This document shows, piece by piece, positions 22,183 through 34,962 of a DNA stretch of 64,000 nucleotides. Source of the stretch: Mobula hypostoma (Eukaryota); contig NC_086097.1 in the NCBI RefSeq assembly GCF_963921235.1, positions 19,532,001 through 19,596,000 of the forward strand. The letters run 5' to 3'. The translations under genes were made by a program, and so were the position numbers. Within the stretch, counting starts at the first letter, position 1. The number at the start of each line of letters is the position of its first letter. The notes beneath the pieces are model-generated. The model made no database searches. It had not been told where the DNA came from and saw only the letters and a list, made by a program, of their open reading frames with translations.

Positions 22183-22576
22183 TAGTCATCAATGTAGCTT
22201 AGGAAAAGTGCGAGACGGTCACCAGTGTAGGCTTGGAACATAGATTGTTCCACGTAGCCAACAAACAGGCAGGCATAGCTGGGACCCATGCAAGTGCCCA
22301 TGACTACCCTTATTGTCTGAAGGAAGTGGGAGGAACCAAAGGAGAAATTATTTAGAGTGAGAACCAAGTTCCACTAGACGGAGGAGAGTGGTGGTGGAGG
22401 GAAACTGGTTGGATCTGGTGTCCAGAAAGAAACGGAGAGCTTTGAGGCCTTCCTTGTGGGGGATGGGGGTGTATAGGGACTGGACATCCATAGTGAAAAT
22501 AAGATGAAGGAATCAGGAGTGTGTGAGGTGTCACAGATGTCAGTAGGAAGGGACTGAACCGGGGGGATAAAACAGA

Positions 22577-22722
22577 TCTCCCCCTCCCCCCCCAAATGTC
22601 TTAATGAGCTCTTCTTTCAGTTAGTCCTGACGAAGGGTCTCAGCCCGAAATGTCGACTGTACCTCTTCCTAGAGATGCTGCCTGGCCTGCTTCGTTCACC
22701 AGCAACTTTGATGGGTGTTGCT
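22577..22722 (+). mobile_element. Short PLE pseudo-LTR insertion with hammerhead
   Basis: 13-bp TSD gggataaaacaga at 22564-22576 and 22723-22735. Confidence 0.85.
22623..22658 (+). ncRNA. Minimal type I hammerhead ribozyme motif
   Basis: AGUC-CUGACGA-A-GGGU(CUCA)GCCC-GAAA-UGUC^GACU. Confidence 0.8.
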
Positions 22723-23665
22723 GGGATAAAACAGAATCGAGGTTTGCAGATATGAATTCAGTGGGGCAGGAACAAGCTGAAACAGTGGGTCTACCTGGAC
22801 AAGTGGGTTTGTGGATTTTGGGTAGGGGGTCGAAACGGAAGTACGGGGTGTGGGAACTATGAGGTTGGTGACGGTGGATGGGAGATCCCCAGAGTCAGTA
22901 AGTTTGGTGATGGTGTGGGAGACAATGGCCGGGTGTTCCTTAGTGGGGTCCTGTTCGAGGGGCAAGTAAGAGGAGGTGTCTGAGAGTTGTCAGCAAGGTA
23001 GAGGTCGGTACATCAGACTTTTACAGCACCTCCCTTATCTGCGGGTTTGATGGTGAGGTTATGAGCAGTGCGGAAGGAGTGGAGAGCCGAGCGTTCGAAA
23101 GGAGTGAGCTTGGAATAGGAGAGAGGCATATTAGAATCAAGACAGTTAATATCCCGTTGAAAAGGTCCAGAGCAGGCAGAAGACAAGGGCAGGATGTCCA
23201 GGAAGGGAAGGAGGGTTGAAAATGGGAGGAGGGTTCATCGGTACAGGGAGTCCTTGCCAAAGAAATAGAGACGGAAGCAATGGAAGAAGAGCTCAGCGTC
23301 GTGGCAGGCGCGGAACTCACTGAGTTGTGGACGCAGGGGGACAAAAGTGAGGCCCTTACTGATGACAGTCAAGTACAGCATATTGCTGCATGCACAAGTA
23401 CAGTGAGATACAGTTGTAGTGAAAAACTTGCTTGTTGCAGCACCACAGGCATGTAGGTACAGACAACACAGAGAAAAGTACATAAATTGCACAAATTGAT
23501 GGGCGTATAGTGTTTGCCTTCATTAGTGGGAGATTGAATTCAAGGTAACGTTGCAGCTCTATAAAACCATGGTTGGACCACACTTCTGTTCAGTTAGTCA
23601 CTTCTGGTCGCCTCGTTGTAGAAAAGGTGTGGGGGGTCTAGAGAAGGTCCAAAGGAGATTTGCAC

Positions 23666-24646
23666 CTCAAACACGATAAATCCTGCAGATGCTGGAGATC
23701 CAGAGCACCACACAAAATATGCTGAAGGAACTCAGCAGCTCAGGCAGCATCTGTGGAAATGAACAAACCATCGACATTTCGAGGGAAGACCCTTCTTCAG
23801 AATTGTAAAGGAAGGGGGGAAAGACAGCAGAATAAAAAAAGGTGGAGGGAGGAGGATAGCTGGACTCAAAGGTGAAGCCAGGTGGGTAGGAAAGGTAAAA
23901 GGCTGGAAAGGAAGGAATCTGATATAGAGGAGAGAGGATTATAGGAGAAAGGGAAGAAGGAGGGGCACCGGGGGGAGGTGATAGGCAGGTGAGAAGATGC
24001 AAGAGGACAGAATGGGGAATAGAAGAAAAGATGAGGGGGAAGGGGAAATGTTTCTACCGGTCGGAGAAATCGATATTCATGCCATCGGGTTGGAGGCTAC
24101 CCAGACGTAATATAAGGTGTTGCTCCTCCACCCTGAGAGTGACCTCATGACACGAGAAGACTGCGGACTGATGTCACAACTGGAATGGGAATTGGAATTA
24201 AAATGTTTCACCACTGAGAAGTTTCACTTCTGGCAAATAGAACGGATGGAGCAGTCCCAGAGTTCCTCTACATTGGCATTCCTCTACAATATCCATTTCT
24301 CCTTCCAGTAAAAAAATTTCACCTCCTCCTCCCATTCCCCATTCTGGCCTCTTACCTCTTTTCACCTGCCCATCACCTCCTCGGTCTTCTCCTCCGTTCC
24401 TTTTACCTGTGGTCCACTCTCCTATCAAATTCCTTCCTCTGTAGCCCTTTACCTCTCCTATCCACCCAACTTCACCCATCACCTTCTAGCAATCCTCCTT
24501 CCCTTCCCCCACCTTTTTATTCTGACATCTTCCCCTTCCTTTCCAGTGCTGTAGAAGGGTCTCAGCCTGAAACGTCAACTGCTTGTTCATTTCCATAAAT
24601 ACTGCCTGACCTGTTGAGGTCCCCCAGCATTGTGTGTGTATGTTGT
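23666..24646. mobile_element. Large inverted pair of PLE 3' ends
   Basis: Minus copy ~23666-24255 faces plus copy ~24280-24646; both carry decayed hammerheads. Confidence 0.8.
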
Positions 24647-24649
24647 TTT

Positions 24650-25045
24650 ACTAGGATGCTGTCTGGATTAGAGAGCATGTCTTATGAGGGTAGGTTGAGC
24701 GAGCAAGGATTGGAAAGAGAGGTGGCTTGACTGGTATACAAAATGATAAGAGCCCTAGATTAAGAGGACAGCCAGAGACATTTTCCCAGGGTAGAAATAG
24801 CTAATACCAGGAAGCAGAATTTTAAGGTGATTGGAGAAAAGTATAGTGTGGATGTCAGAGATATAAAAAACAAAGTGGCAGCTGCATGGAATGAACTGCC
24901 AAGGGTGGTAGTAAAGACAGATACATTAGAGACAGTTAGGAAACTCTTAGGCACCTGGATGATACAAAAATGGAGGTCTATGCAGGAGGAAAGGGTTAGA
25001 TTGATCTTAGGGTAGGTTAAAAGGTCAGAAGAACATCATGGGCCA
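24650..25045 (+). mobile_element. CR1 3' fragment
   Basis: aggatgctgtctggattagagagcatgtcttatgag..tggaatgaactgcca. Confidence 0.7.
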
Positions 25046-25062
25046 ATCAACATTAACTATAA

Positions 25063-25298
25063 GCACAAAATAACCTGCAGATGCTGGGATCAAAGCAACA
25101 CTCACAACACGCTGGAGGAACTCAGCAGGTCGGGCAGGATCCGTGGAAACAATGAGTCGACGTTTCGGGCCTTTTGATAGGGCCTCTGCCCCTTCCCTCT
25201 TCAGTCCTGACGAAGGGTTCCGGCACGAAACGTCGACTCATCGTTTCCACGGATGCTGCCCGACCTGCTGAGTTCCTCCAGCGTGTTGTGAGTGTTGC
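25063..25298. mobile_element. Fold-back PLE pseudo-LTR element
   Basis: 73-bp inverted arms at 25095-25167 and 25226-25298 (2 mismatches); hammerhead at 25203-25238. Confidence 0.88.
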
Positions 25299-27371
25299 AA
25301 CATTAATTATGTAAGTGAATCTCAAGTTAACATCTATGTAATTTGCAAATGAACTTCCTTTGACTTTGAAGGGATTTCTCAGGAAGGTACCGGGTCTAAA
25401 GCCCCTGGGCTCCAGGGAGAGGTTGGCCACACTGGATCTTTATTCCCTGAAGTACAGGAGGATTCACTGTTTCCTCATACTAGATAAAATCATGAGAGTT
25501 CCAGATAATGTGGATGGTCAGAGTCTTTTCCTCAGAATTGTGCAGTCCAAAACTAGAGTCAGAGATACATGTCAAGAAGGAAGAGATTTTAAAGAGACCC
25601 GAGAGGCAATTTCTTTACGCAAATGGCAAACTGGTTTATTATTGTCAGGTGTACTGAGTTACAGTAAAAAAAACCTGTCTTGCCGACCATCCATATAATC
25701 ATTATAGTGGTGCATTGAGAAACCGAGTGCAGAATAAAGTGTGGTAGCACTTTGTAGGTAGACAGGTAAACAGGTAGACAGTAAAGTTCAAGGTCACAAC
25801 ATTGTCCATTGTGTAGTCAAGACCCAACATACTAGCCAGTACCTGGAATGAGGAAGTGGTGGAAGTGGGTACAAATGTAACATTTATGAGGGATTTCGAT
25901 AGATACATGGAGGGGAGGGGCTTGGAGAGTTATGGGCTAAATGCACCCAAATGGTCAAGCAAGGGAAATATTGTGGTCAGTATAGACCAGTAGGGCAGAA
26001 GGGCCTGTTCTCATGCTGTGTTATTTTATGACTCCAGTGAGTGGACTCTGCATTGACTTCATACAAAGACCAAAACGGCACAGGTAAGATCTCAAGGTCC
26101 TGTGCAACCTCAGGAAAATGTCCTTGACTGCAGGAAGGGCCAATGCCCAGGTATTTAACGCTTGGCTGAGAAGTTTAAGACGCTGGTTTAAAAAAAACAC
26201 AGAATCAGAGATTATAACAGGGAGATCTGTTGGGCCTTTCCTGCGGGTGTCTAACCCCTTCCCTGGACAGGTTTGGTCAGTGAGTCTGACCGAAACCTGG
26301 GCTCATTAACGTTTACAGAACCCTCCGTTCTTTCCTTCCACACGCCCTTCTCTGAGATGCCCTGCATCCTAGCCCAAACACACGTGCAGGCGCACACACT
26401 CACTCAGGCACACGTTCCCTTCCTCTGTATCCTCCCCAGCCAAAACACACACTGGGGGCACTGCACCTCTCGTTTTACGTCCTCTCTCGCCGTTTTCAGA
26501 GGGTTCCCCAAAACCTTCAAGCCGGATCCTTGCTGTTTCGGGAAAGCACTCCCCACCCCCCCCCCCCGCCCCACCGTCTCCCGCTCGAACGGGAATCTCC
26601 AGCCGGCGCCGAGTGGCAAACTGGCCGTTCTATGGATTACATTTGCTTCAAACTGAACAAGCAGCTGAAGATTTAACCCGGAGCAGTGAGAGATCTTTTC
26701 ATTACACGCGTGGAGAAATTCATCAAGGATTCTTGTTGGATGGGGTCTGCCCGGCAGCCAGGACAGATTTATCGTTCCGGAAACTTAAGAGTTAAAAGAC
26801 AACATCACAATAAAGTCGACAGGCATGGGAAGATCACCCAAGTCACAGCGCCCGCACCTAATAAAACCCCACCGTTGAACCCAATCTTCACTTGTGACCT
26901 GGTTGTAAATCTCCGTGGAGAAATTGACAGTGAAATTTGTATTGAAAGTTTTTTAAAGTTAAAGTAGTCTGTTCAGTATCCTTTAAAAAAAACTCACGGG
27001 ACAGAGAGTCTGAGTTCCCAGCCAGTGCTGGAATCTCATTGGTTAATAATATTTGGATGGGTTAATTGCATTTAACTAAAACCGGACGGTCAAATTCTCC
27101 GCAAGTAAGCAAACTGCGATCAATGCCATTAGGGTCATCCGTTCCCACAAGTTATAAACATTCCAGACGCATTTTGCCTTCGGGATTCCACCAAACAAGG
27201 CAACCGTACCTAATGTTTTAGTACAAGCCGAATGTAAGGGGAGAGTTTCCCAAAACACCCCCACGCTACCTCTTTGTTTAACAACAATGTTTGAACGCCA
27301 CAGGCGCTGTCCCACCACCAGCTCTTGGGATGTTTGTTTCCCTTGAGTTCGGTCCTTTAGAAAGTAATTAC

Positions 27372-27700
27372 ACTCACCTCAAATTAAATCAGCTCCCACA
27401 TAGAGTTAACGCGGGTGGCGAGGGTGTAGGTCTGCGTTTCCCCTTCGCTGGGTCTCTTGCCGTTGTGCCGTGGTTCAGACCAGTACCAATTTAAGACTTG
27501 AGCGGAGATTCCCAATTCTGGAGCCTTCCAATCTAATGAGAGAATGAGAGGCGAATCAGAGCCGTGTCAGACCCCGCCCCCACAAGGAAATGGTCAGTCT
27601 GAGAGCCCCCCCCCCTCCACACACACACACACGCACACACACATACACTTCAGGATGAAAGGGCTCCGCAGTCTGATGTTAGGTCAATTCCAATGGTAGG
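27372..27700 (-). promoter_or_regulatory. Candidate vrtn promoter and non-coding first exon
   Basis: Repeat-free CpG-containing block. Minus-strand donor GAG|GTGAGT (plus actcac at 27372-27377), CCAAT at 27486, 27512, 27528 and 27690, GC box ccccgccccc at 27572-27581. Confidence 0.55.
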
Positions 27701-27859
27701 TGATAATAAGGGTGACATCAGTCAGGGCCAAGTGATGTGTGGTGCTTCTCCGCAGAATTTCTCCAATTTCTCCTCACCCGTGGAAGGGCGGAATCTCAAG
27801 GAACTTTTGTCATGTTGATGTAAAGTCCGTCTTGTAAGGAGGAGGTGCAAGTGTTGTGC

Positions 27860-28142
27860 AGGATGAATGGTCTGCCTACCTTGAACAGCAACATACGATA
27901 TTTTTGTCAGACCATACTGTGGGGTTCTTTTGCTACTGCGGGGTTGGGTGAGGAAGCCCTCAACTGTTGTTGTAGTACAGTATACCACCCCAAGGAGAGA
28001 CACGAGAGGGCCGCAGTGTAGGGATGTAATGGAACAGTACTGGAAGTATTGACTATGAATGTACGAGTGAAAATGCATTGCATGGTTTAATCTTGTCATT
28101 ATTTTTTATTATGAATAAAGTTTATTTTGATAAAAATAAAAA
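27860..28142 (+). mobile_element. Possible L1/Tx1-type LINE 3' end
   Basis: Ends tatgaataaagtttattttgataaaaataaaaa (polyA signal plus A-rich tail). Confidence 0.4.
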
Positions 28143-28624
28143 TGTGTGTTCTTGCAAATATGAAAAATATATGTATAGCTTTGGAAAAAAGAAATTGAAG
28201 AAATCATTTTTTTTTCCTTTTTAAATTACTAACTATATAACATTTTTCTAAGTTTTTACATTATTGCAGCTTTAGGAAACTTAAACATGCATTGACTGAG
28301 TTTGAAGATATTCTGGAATTTCACGGAATGTCGTGCAGGCCCTTCAGCCCAACTAGTCCCTGCTAGTCCTGCATCTTCAAAGTTCAAAGTGCATACATGT
28401 CACCACATACAATACTGAGATCCATTTTTCTGCAGGCATACCCTGCAAATCTCTGCTCCTAATTATCCATTCTCTAACAATATTGACCCTTGCTTATCCA
28501 AGAAAAAGTTGTGAATTCAAATCCCACACTAAGGGTTTCAGCACTCACTGTGGTGATGGTGATCTGAAGATGTTTTGCTCTGTGACTGTGTTAACAATAT
28601 AGGGCATTCTTTGCAAAGACACTC

Positions 28625-28890
28625 CTTCAGTGACCAAGAGGACATGGCCACAATCATCATGAGGAAACGTTGGAGAGGGATTGGGCACGTGATGAGAGGA
28701 GAGGCCAACTCCATCATCTAGACAGCACTTCATGGGACTCCTGAAGGGCGGAGGAAATGTGAGAGACCAAAGACGACTTGGCACCGTACCACAGAGGCCG
28801 AAATGAACCACACCTGGGACATGATGGAGAAGATGGCCAAGGACTGACAGAGATGGAGGACCTTCATTTCTGCCCTAAGTAGACAGTAAC
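28625..28890 (+). mobile_element. RTE LINE 3' fragment
   Basis: RKRWR.IGHVMR..TALH.TPEGRRK..RPKTTW.. Confidence 0.75.
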
Positions 28891-28919
28891 TTTGCAAAGA
28901 CAGAAAATACCGAAGTTAG

Positions 28920-29665
28920 AAGATAGCGCACAGTACCAGCCATTCAGCCTACAATGTTGTGCCAACCTTCAGCCTTCTCAAAGATCACTTGTACCGTTCC
29001 CTCCTACATAGCTCTCCATTGTTTTTTAATCATCTAACTAAATTTCTCTTCAGTATCCCTAATGTATCTGACTCCATCGCCATCCTTGGCAACACGTTCC
29101 ATGCACCCACCATACCCTGTGTAAAATACCCACCTCTGACATCCCCCCTGTGTTTTCCTTCAATCACCTTAAATTTATGCCCCCTTCATATTAGCCATGG
29201 GAAAAAGTCACTGGCTGTCCACTCGATCTATGCCTTTTGTCATCACATATAGCATGACAGGACTGGAGAGTTAAAGTGGATGTATATGGGTGAGGTAGGG
29301 AGAGAGGTGGAAATACAGGTCAATGGATCTGTAAAGAGAGTGGGTCATAGTTTGAGTATAATCTAATTATCAGTTCTTGGGCCAGCAGGTACAATCACTA
29401 AAAAGCAGCCAATTCCCAGGCGCTCTGGGCGACTTTCAACACCCAGCGTCAATAAAAACAATTATTATTACATTATCACCTCTCATGTTTCCAGTCAGAG
29501 AGTCATAGAGCACTACAGAACAGAAATAGGCCCTTCAGTCCATCTAGTCCATGCCAAACTAGTCCCATCGACCTGCTCCGGGGCCATAGCCCCTCCATAC
29601 CCCTCCCATCCATGTACCTATCCAAATTTCTCTTAAATATTGAAATCAAACCCATATTCACCACT
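28920..29665 (-). mobile_element. Two CR1 3' fragments (~28920-29245 and ~29500-29665)
   Basis: Reverse-complement CR1 3' UTR and tail motifs (ggcccttcag, ttccatgcacccaccat). Confidence 0.6.
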
Positions 29666-29921
29666 TCGTTTTTTTTTGGGAGCCATTTTAATTCTGTATG
29701 ATAGTCGAAACTTCAGGTAAACAACATTCAAAATTGACGTTGTTGATGGAAAAGTTGGTAAAATGTACATTCTTTTCTATAGGAATGTTAAGATTTTTGC
29801 TTTCACATTACAAATTACTCTCAACTCCAGCGTGGCATTGGCAACATATAGGAGGGAGATTAAAAGTCTGGTTGAATGGTGAAGCAACAACAACCTTTCA
29901 ATCAAAATCAGCAAAACCAGA

Positions 29922-30385
29922 GCACACTGAAAACAGAATACTGCAGTGCTACATTTATTCTATCCTGACTTATGGAAGTGAATACTGGACCATTTCTCCA
30001 GCAATGGAAAAGAGACTAGAAGTAGCTGAATTATGGTTCTACAGGAGAACGTTAAAAATATCATGGACCACGCACACATCAAATGAAGAAGTTCTCAGAA
30101 GAGCCCAAGCAGTTCGATCACTCATACCAACAATAAGAGAAAGACAACTCAGATTCCTGGGACACATCATGCGGAAAGATGAACTAGAAAAACTCATACT
30201 CTCTGGAAAGATTGAGGGGAGAAAACCTAGAGGAAGACCTCGGCTTATGCACATCAAAAGCATAGCCAGGTGGCTGCACATCAAGGAAATGGAAGTCATC
30301 CAAAAAACGAAAGATAGATCTATATGGAAAACCATGGTCACCAAAGTCCGCATCGGATATGGTACCTGGACAGACGGACAGACAG
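29922..30385 (+). mobile_element. RTE (BovB-like) LINE 3' part, inserted in a Rex-like fragment spanning ~29860-30900
   Basis: ILTYGSEYWT..RRTLKISW...SNEEVL..RQLRFLGHIMR..GKIEGRKPRGRPR; (gaca)n-like tail. Confidence 0.88.
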
Positions 30386-31056
30386 GAGGAAGAAGATGGA
30401 GGTCCATGAGCCAGTGCTCATTAGGGGATGAGAGGTGAAGAGAGTCAGTAACTTTAAATTCCTTGGTGTTATCATATCAGAGGATCTGTTTTGGGACCAG
30501 CACATAGGTACCATCACAAAGAAGGCAGGGTAGCACCTCTCTATAAGGGTTTGCACAGATTTGTCACTTTGTCAAACGTCAAGAGATCTGAATCAGGTTT
30601 TATGTCACTGTTATACTACATGGTGAAATTTGTGCACAATAGAGAGTATCCTGACTGGGGCTTCCCTGCAGGGTTCAGTTTAGGGGGGTGGTGGAGGGAA
30701 TGGGAAGGGAATAACATAAAAAAATGGATCATTCAGTGAAATTTTTCGCTTACTGTGAGTAAGCCTACAAAAAGTGTTAGGTCCATCACAGGCAAAGTCC
30801 CCCCCAGCACTGAGCACGTCTACATGGAGTGCTGTCACAGGAAAGCAGCATCCAGCATCAAGGACAGCCACCTTTCAGGCCATGCTCCCACCTCGCTGCT
30901 GCCTTGAGGAGGTGGTGGTGAGCCACTCATTGCCCATGTCCTGTGACAGTGGATGGACAGTCCGAGGCAGAATACGCCGTACATTTTATAGTCTTCTTTC
31001 AAAGTTCAAAGTAGATATCAAAGAACGTGTACACCACTTTGCAGAAGTCTCAGTCC

Positions 31057-31389
31057 CAGTACTGTATGGGTCAACATGGAGCAAAGAGTGAGTTTGTAAA
31101 TCTGGCAGGACAAAGGATGTTGGGACTGGCAAGGGTGGAGCACCGTGGGAGGGGTGTGGGACAGGTGGCAGAGAAGGAGCGCCAGGGTGGGCTGGCGCAG
31201 GTGTAGACACACCCAGCCCTGCAACACCAGGCAAGGTCATTTGATTCCAAACAATTGGTTTATTGATCATTACAGAATCTCTCTCTGGAGCATCCCACTC
31301 CCTCCCCTCTCCCAACCATGATTCCCCTCTCCCTGCCCGCTTCCCACTCTCAATGCATGTCAGAATCCTGGGACTTTTGCACAGTACTG
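31057..31389. mobile_element. Non-autonomous DNA-transposon-like element (Tc1/mariner-like ends)
   Basis: Body colinear with 56640-56930; right end acttttgcacagtactg. Confidence 0.6.
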
Positions 31390-31599
31390 AATATCACTGG
31401 AGAAGCTGCACCAGTGTGGACTTTGTGCCCCTCTCCATATCCTCCTTGGAGGGCTGTTGATTCGCTTGATGGGCTTAGCCCTCGTTTGATCAGTTTCGGT
31501 CTGGATGTCATTGATCAGTGCAATTTCAGTATAGTATTGATTGGTTCGATTTCGGTACCAGATTGATTATCTATTTATAACTTAGCGTCACTAAATGTC

Positions 31600-32061
31600 A
31601 TTATATTCCGTCTGGGTAGCCTCCAACCTGATGGCATGAACATTGACTTCTCTAACTTCCGCTAATGCCCCACCTCCCCCTCGTACCCCATCGGTTATTT
31701 ATTTATATACACACATTATTTCTCTCTCTCTCCTTTTTCTCCCTCTGTCCCTCTGACTATACCCCTTGCCCATCCTCTGGGTTTTCCCCCCATCCCCCTT
31801 TTCCTTCTCCCTGGGCCTCCTGTCCCATGATCCTCTCGTATCCCTTTTGCCAATCACCTGTCCAGCTCTTGGCTCCATCCCTCCCCCTCCTGTCTTCTCC
31901 TATCATTTTGGATCTCCCCCTCCCCCTCCCACTTTCAAATCTCTTACTAGCTCTTCCTTCAGTTAGTCCTGACGAAGGGTCTCGGCCTGAAACGTCCACT
32001 GTACCTCTTCCTAGAGATGCTGCCTGGCCTGCTGTGTTCACCAGCAACTTTGATGTGTGTT
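31600..32061 (+). mobile_element. PLE 3' end / pseudo-LTR with hammerhead (31965-32000)
   Basis: 13-bp TSD gtcactaaatgtc at 31587-31599 and 32062-32074; close match to 55028-55480. Confidence 0.9.
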
Positions 32062-32342
32062 GTCACTAAATGTCGTACTATTTATTACAAATTACTATAC
32101 ACTATATGCACATTGCGTATTTAGACGGAGACGTAATGTAAAGGTTTTTATTCCTCGTGTGTGTGAAAGATGTAAGAAATAAAGTCAATTCAATTCAATT
32201 CTTCCTCTGTCTTCCCACTGATTTGATCACAGATTATTTTCTCCAACTGTCTTGTTGGACTGCTGACTTAGTTACACATTCACCCTTAAGTTTGTGGTTT
32301 CCTTTGCAAGTTTGCTAAGATTCCTTTCCAGCTCCATTGGTT

Positions 32343-33875
32343 ACATAGAACATAGAACATAGAATAGGCCCTTCAGCCCTTCACATTACAGGCCCTTCAG
32401 CCTACAAAGTTGTGCCGACCCTGAAACCCTGCCTCCCATATAACCCCCCACCTTAGATTCCTCCATATACCTGTCTAGTAGTCTCTTAAACTTCACGAGT
32501 GTATCTGCTTCCACACTGACTCAGGCAGTGCATTCCACGCACCAACCACTCTCTGAGTAAAAAACCTTCCTCTAATATCCCCCTTGAACTTCCCACCCCT
32601 TACCTTAAAACCATGCCCTCTTGTATTGAGCAGTGGTGCCCTGGGGAAGAGGCGCTGGCTATCCACTCTATCTATCCCTCTTATTATCTTGTACACCTCT
32701 ATCATGTCTCTTGTCATCCTCCTTCTCTCCAAAGAGTAAAGCCCTAGCTCCCTTAATCTCTGATCATAATGCATACTCTCTAAAACAGGCAGCATCCTGG
32801 TAAATCTCCTCTGTACCCTTTTCAATGCTTCCACATCCTTCCTATAGTGAGGTGACCAGAACTGGACACAGTACTCCAAGTGTGGCCTAACCAGAGTTTT
32901 ATAGAGCTGCATCATTACATCGCGACTCTTAAACTCTATCCCTCGACTTATGAAAGCTAACACCCCATAAGCTTTCTTAACTACCCTATCTACCTGTGAG
33001 GCAACTTTCAGGGATCGCCTCACATTTCTCCGGGTTGAACTCCATCTGACACTTCTCAGCCCACTTCTGAATCCTATCAATGTCTCTCTGCAATCTTCAA
33101 TAATCCTCTACACTGTCTACAACACCACCAACCATTGCGTCATCTGCAAACTTGCCAACCCGCCCTTCTACCCCCACATCCAGGTCGTTAATAAAAATCA
33201 CGAAAAGTAGAGGTCCCAGAACAGATCCTTGTGGGACACCACTAGTCACAATCCTCCAATCTGAATGTACTCCCTCCACCACGACCCTCTGCCTTCTGCA
33301 GGCAAGCCAATTCTGAATCCACCTGGCCAAACTTCCCTGGATTCCATGCCTTCTGACTTTCTGAATAAGACTACCATGTGGAACCTTGTCAAATGCCTTA
33401 CTAAAATCCATATAGATCACATCCACTGCACTACCATCATCTATATGCCTGGTCACCTCCTCAAAGAACTCTATCAGGCTTGTTAGACATGACCTGCCCT
33501 TCACAAAGCCATGCTGACTGTCCCTGATCAGACCATGATTCTCTAAATGCCTATAGACCCTATCTCTAAGTATCTTTTCCAAAAGCTTTCCCACCACAGA
33601 CGTAAGGCTCACTGGTCTATAATTACCCGGACTATCCCTACTACCTTTTTTGAACAAGGGAACAACATTCGCCTCCCTCCAATCCTCGGGTACCATTCCC
33701 GTGGACAAGGAGGACATAAAGATCCTAGCCAGATGCTCAGCAATCTCGTCCCTCGCCTCATGGAGCAGCCTGGGGAATATTCCGTCAGGCCCCGGGGACT
33801 TATCCATCCTAATGTATTTTAACAACTCCCACACCTCCTCTCCCTTAATATCAACATGCTCCAGAATATCAACCT
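32343..33875 (-). mobile_element. CR1 LINE ORF2 (well preserved, internal deletion)
   Basis: [53 protein letters not shown]; (ttctatg)n tail. Confidence 0.95.
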
Positions 33876-34279
33876 CATGTTGGACCCATGGTGCTCAAAT
33901 TATGTCCCTGCAGATCCGGAACTGGGCACCACCCCGCTATTCATGAATCCACCTTCTGAAAGCTCTGGGCTACACACTTATTTTAAACTTCTGCTGTCCT
34001 TCTGGTGAAGGTAACCCTCCATCCCGTGAGTTCCCATTGCATACATACATTTCAAAGTGAGTCATACATCCCTCCAAATGAGAACCACTGCCTGTCTACC
34101 CATTCAGGAGGCCACCGACTGCCAATACAATCTCCAAATAAACAGACACTACCCATATGTAATCACAGGTGAGCAAACCCCATCTATATATATGCCCAAG
34201 AAAAGATCTGTTACCCATATAGACCTCTGCTGTCAGGGCTTTGACTCAGCAGCTACATGCTCCATTTAGTCCATGACAG

Positions 34280-34960
34280 TCCTCAATGGCTGCAAGGTAA
34301 TGTTGCAGCTCTATAAAACACTGAATGGGCCACACTTGGAATATTGTGTTCAGTTCTGGTCACCTCGTTACAGGAAGAATTAAAGAGCATGTCTTATGAG
34401 TACAGGTTGAGCGAGCTAGGGCTTTTCTCTTTGGAGCGAAGGAGGATTAGAGGAGCCTTGATAGAGGTGTGTAAGATGAAAAGAGGCACAGATAGAGTGG
34501 ACAGCCAGAGACTTTTATCACAAGGTGTAAATGGTTACTAGCCAGTTGGCAGTGTCATGGCATCTGCACCAGACTTCGAGTTCGAATCCAGCTGACTCCC
34601 TGCACGCTTTCCATCTGTGCTGGGTTGAGCGCCAAGCTAGCAACTTGGTCTCATAAAAAAAACAGACAAATGCTAAAGAAATGACAAAGACGCTGCCTGA
34701 TGCACCACAAGGCGCAAAAAGAAACAAAAACAAACGACTAATACAAGGAGGCATTAAATTAAATTAATTAATTAATTAAATTAAATTAAAGTGATTGGAA
34801 AGAATAGGGATGATGGACTTCTGTGCAAAGAGTGGTGAGTGCATGGAACACACTGCCAGGGGTGGTGGTAGAGGCAGATACATCAGGGACATTTAAGAAA
34901 CTATTAGGTAGGTAAATGGATGAAAGAAAAACAGAGAGCTATGTGAGAGAGAAGGGTTCA
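34280..34960 (+). mobile_element. CR1 remnant with a tRNA-headed SINE inserted at ~34540-34735
   Basis: RLSELGLFSLERRR.RG.LIEV.K; SINE B-box gttcgaatcc. Confidence 0.75.
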
Positions 34961-34962
34961 CA

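Larger units (their letters stand above)
20490..23360 (-). mobile_element. Penelope-like element with decayed RT and GIY-YIG endonuclease, carrying two nested insertions
   Basis: RT: LTLNNFSF..MGT.MGPSYACLFVGYVE..YIDD. Endonuclease: VIYCVWCSWCGLPYISES..RL.DHFTEH..LEEQH..LGSLQPDGMN. Pseudo-LTR at 20490-20850. Confidence 0.92.

Noticed and set aside
29698..30438. 246-aa ORF as a host gene
   Set aside because: Chance read-through from flanking sequence into an RTE ORF2 C-terminal fragment.
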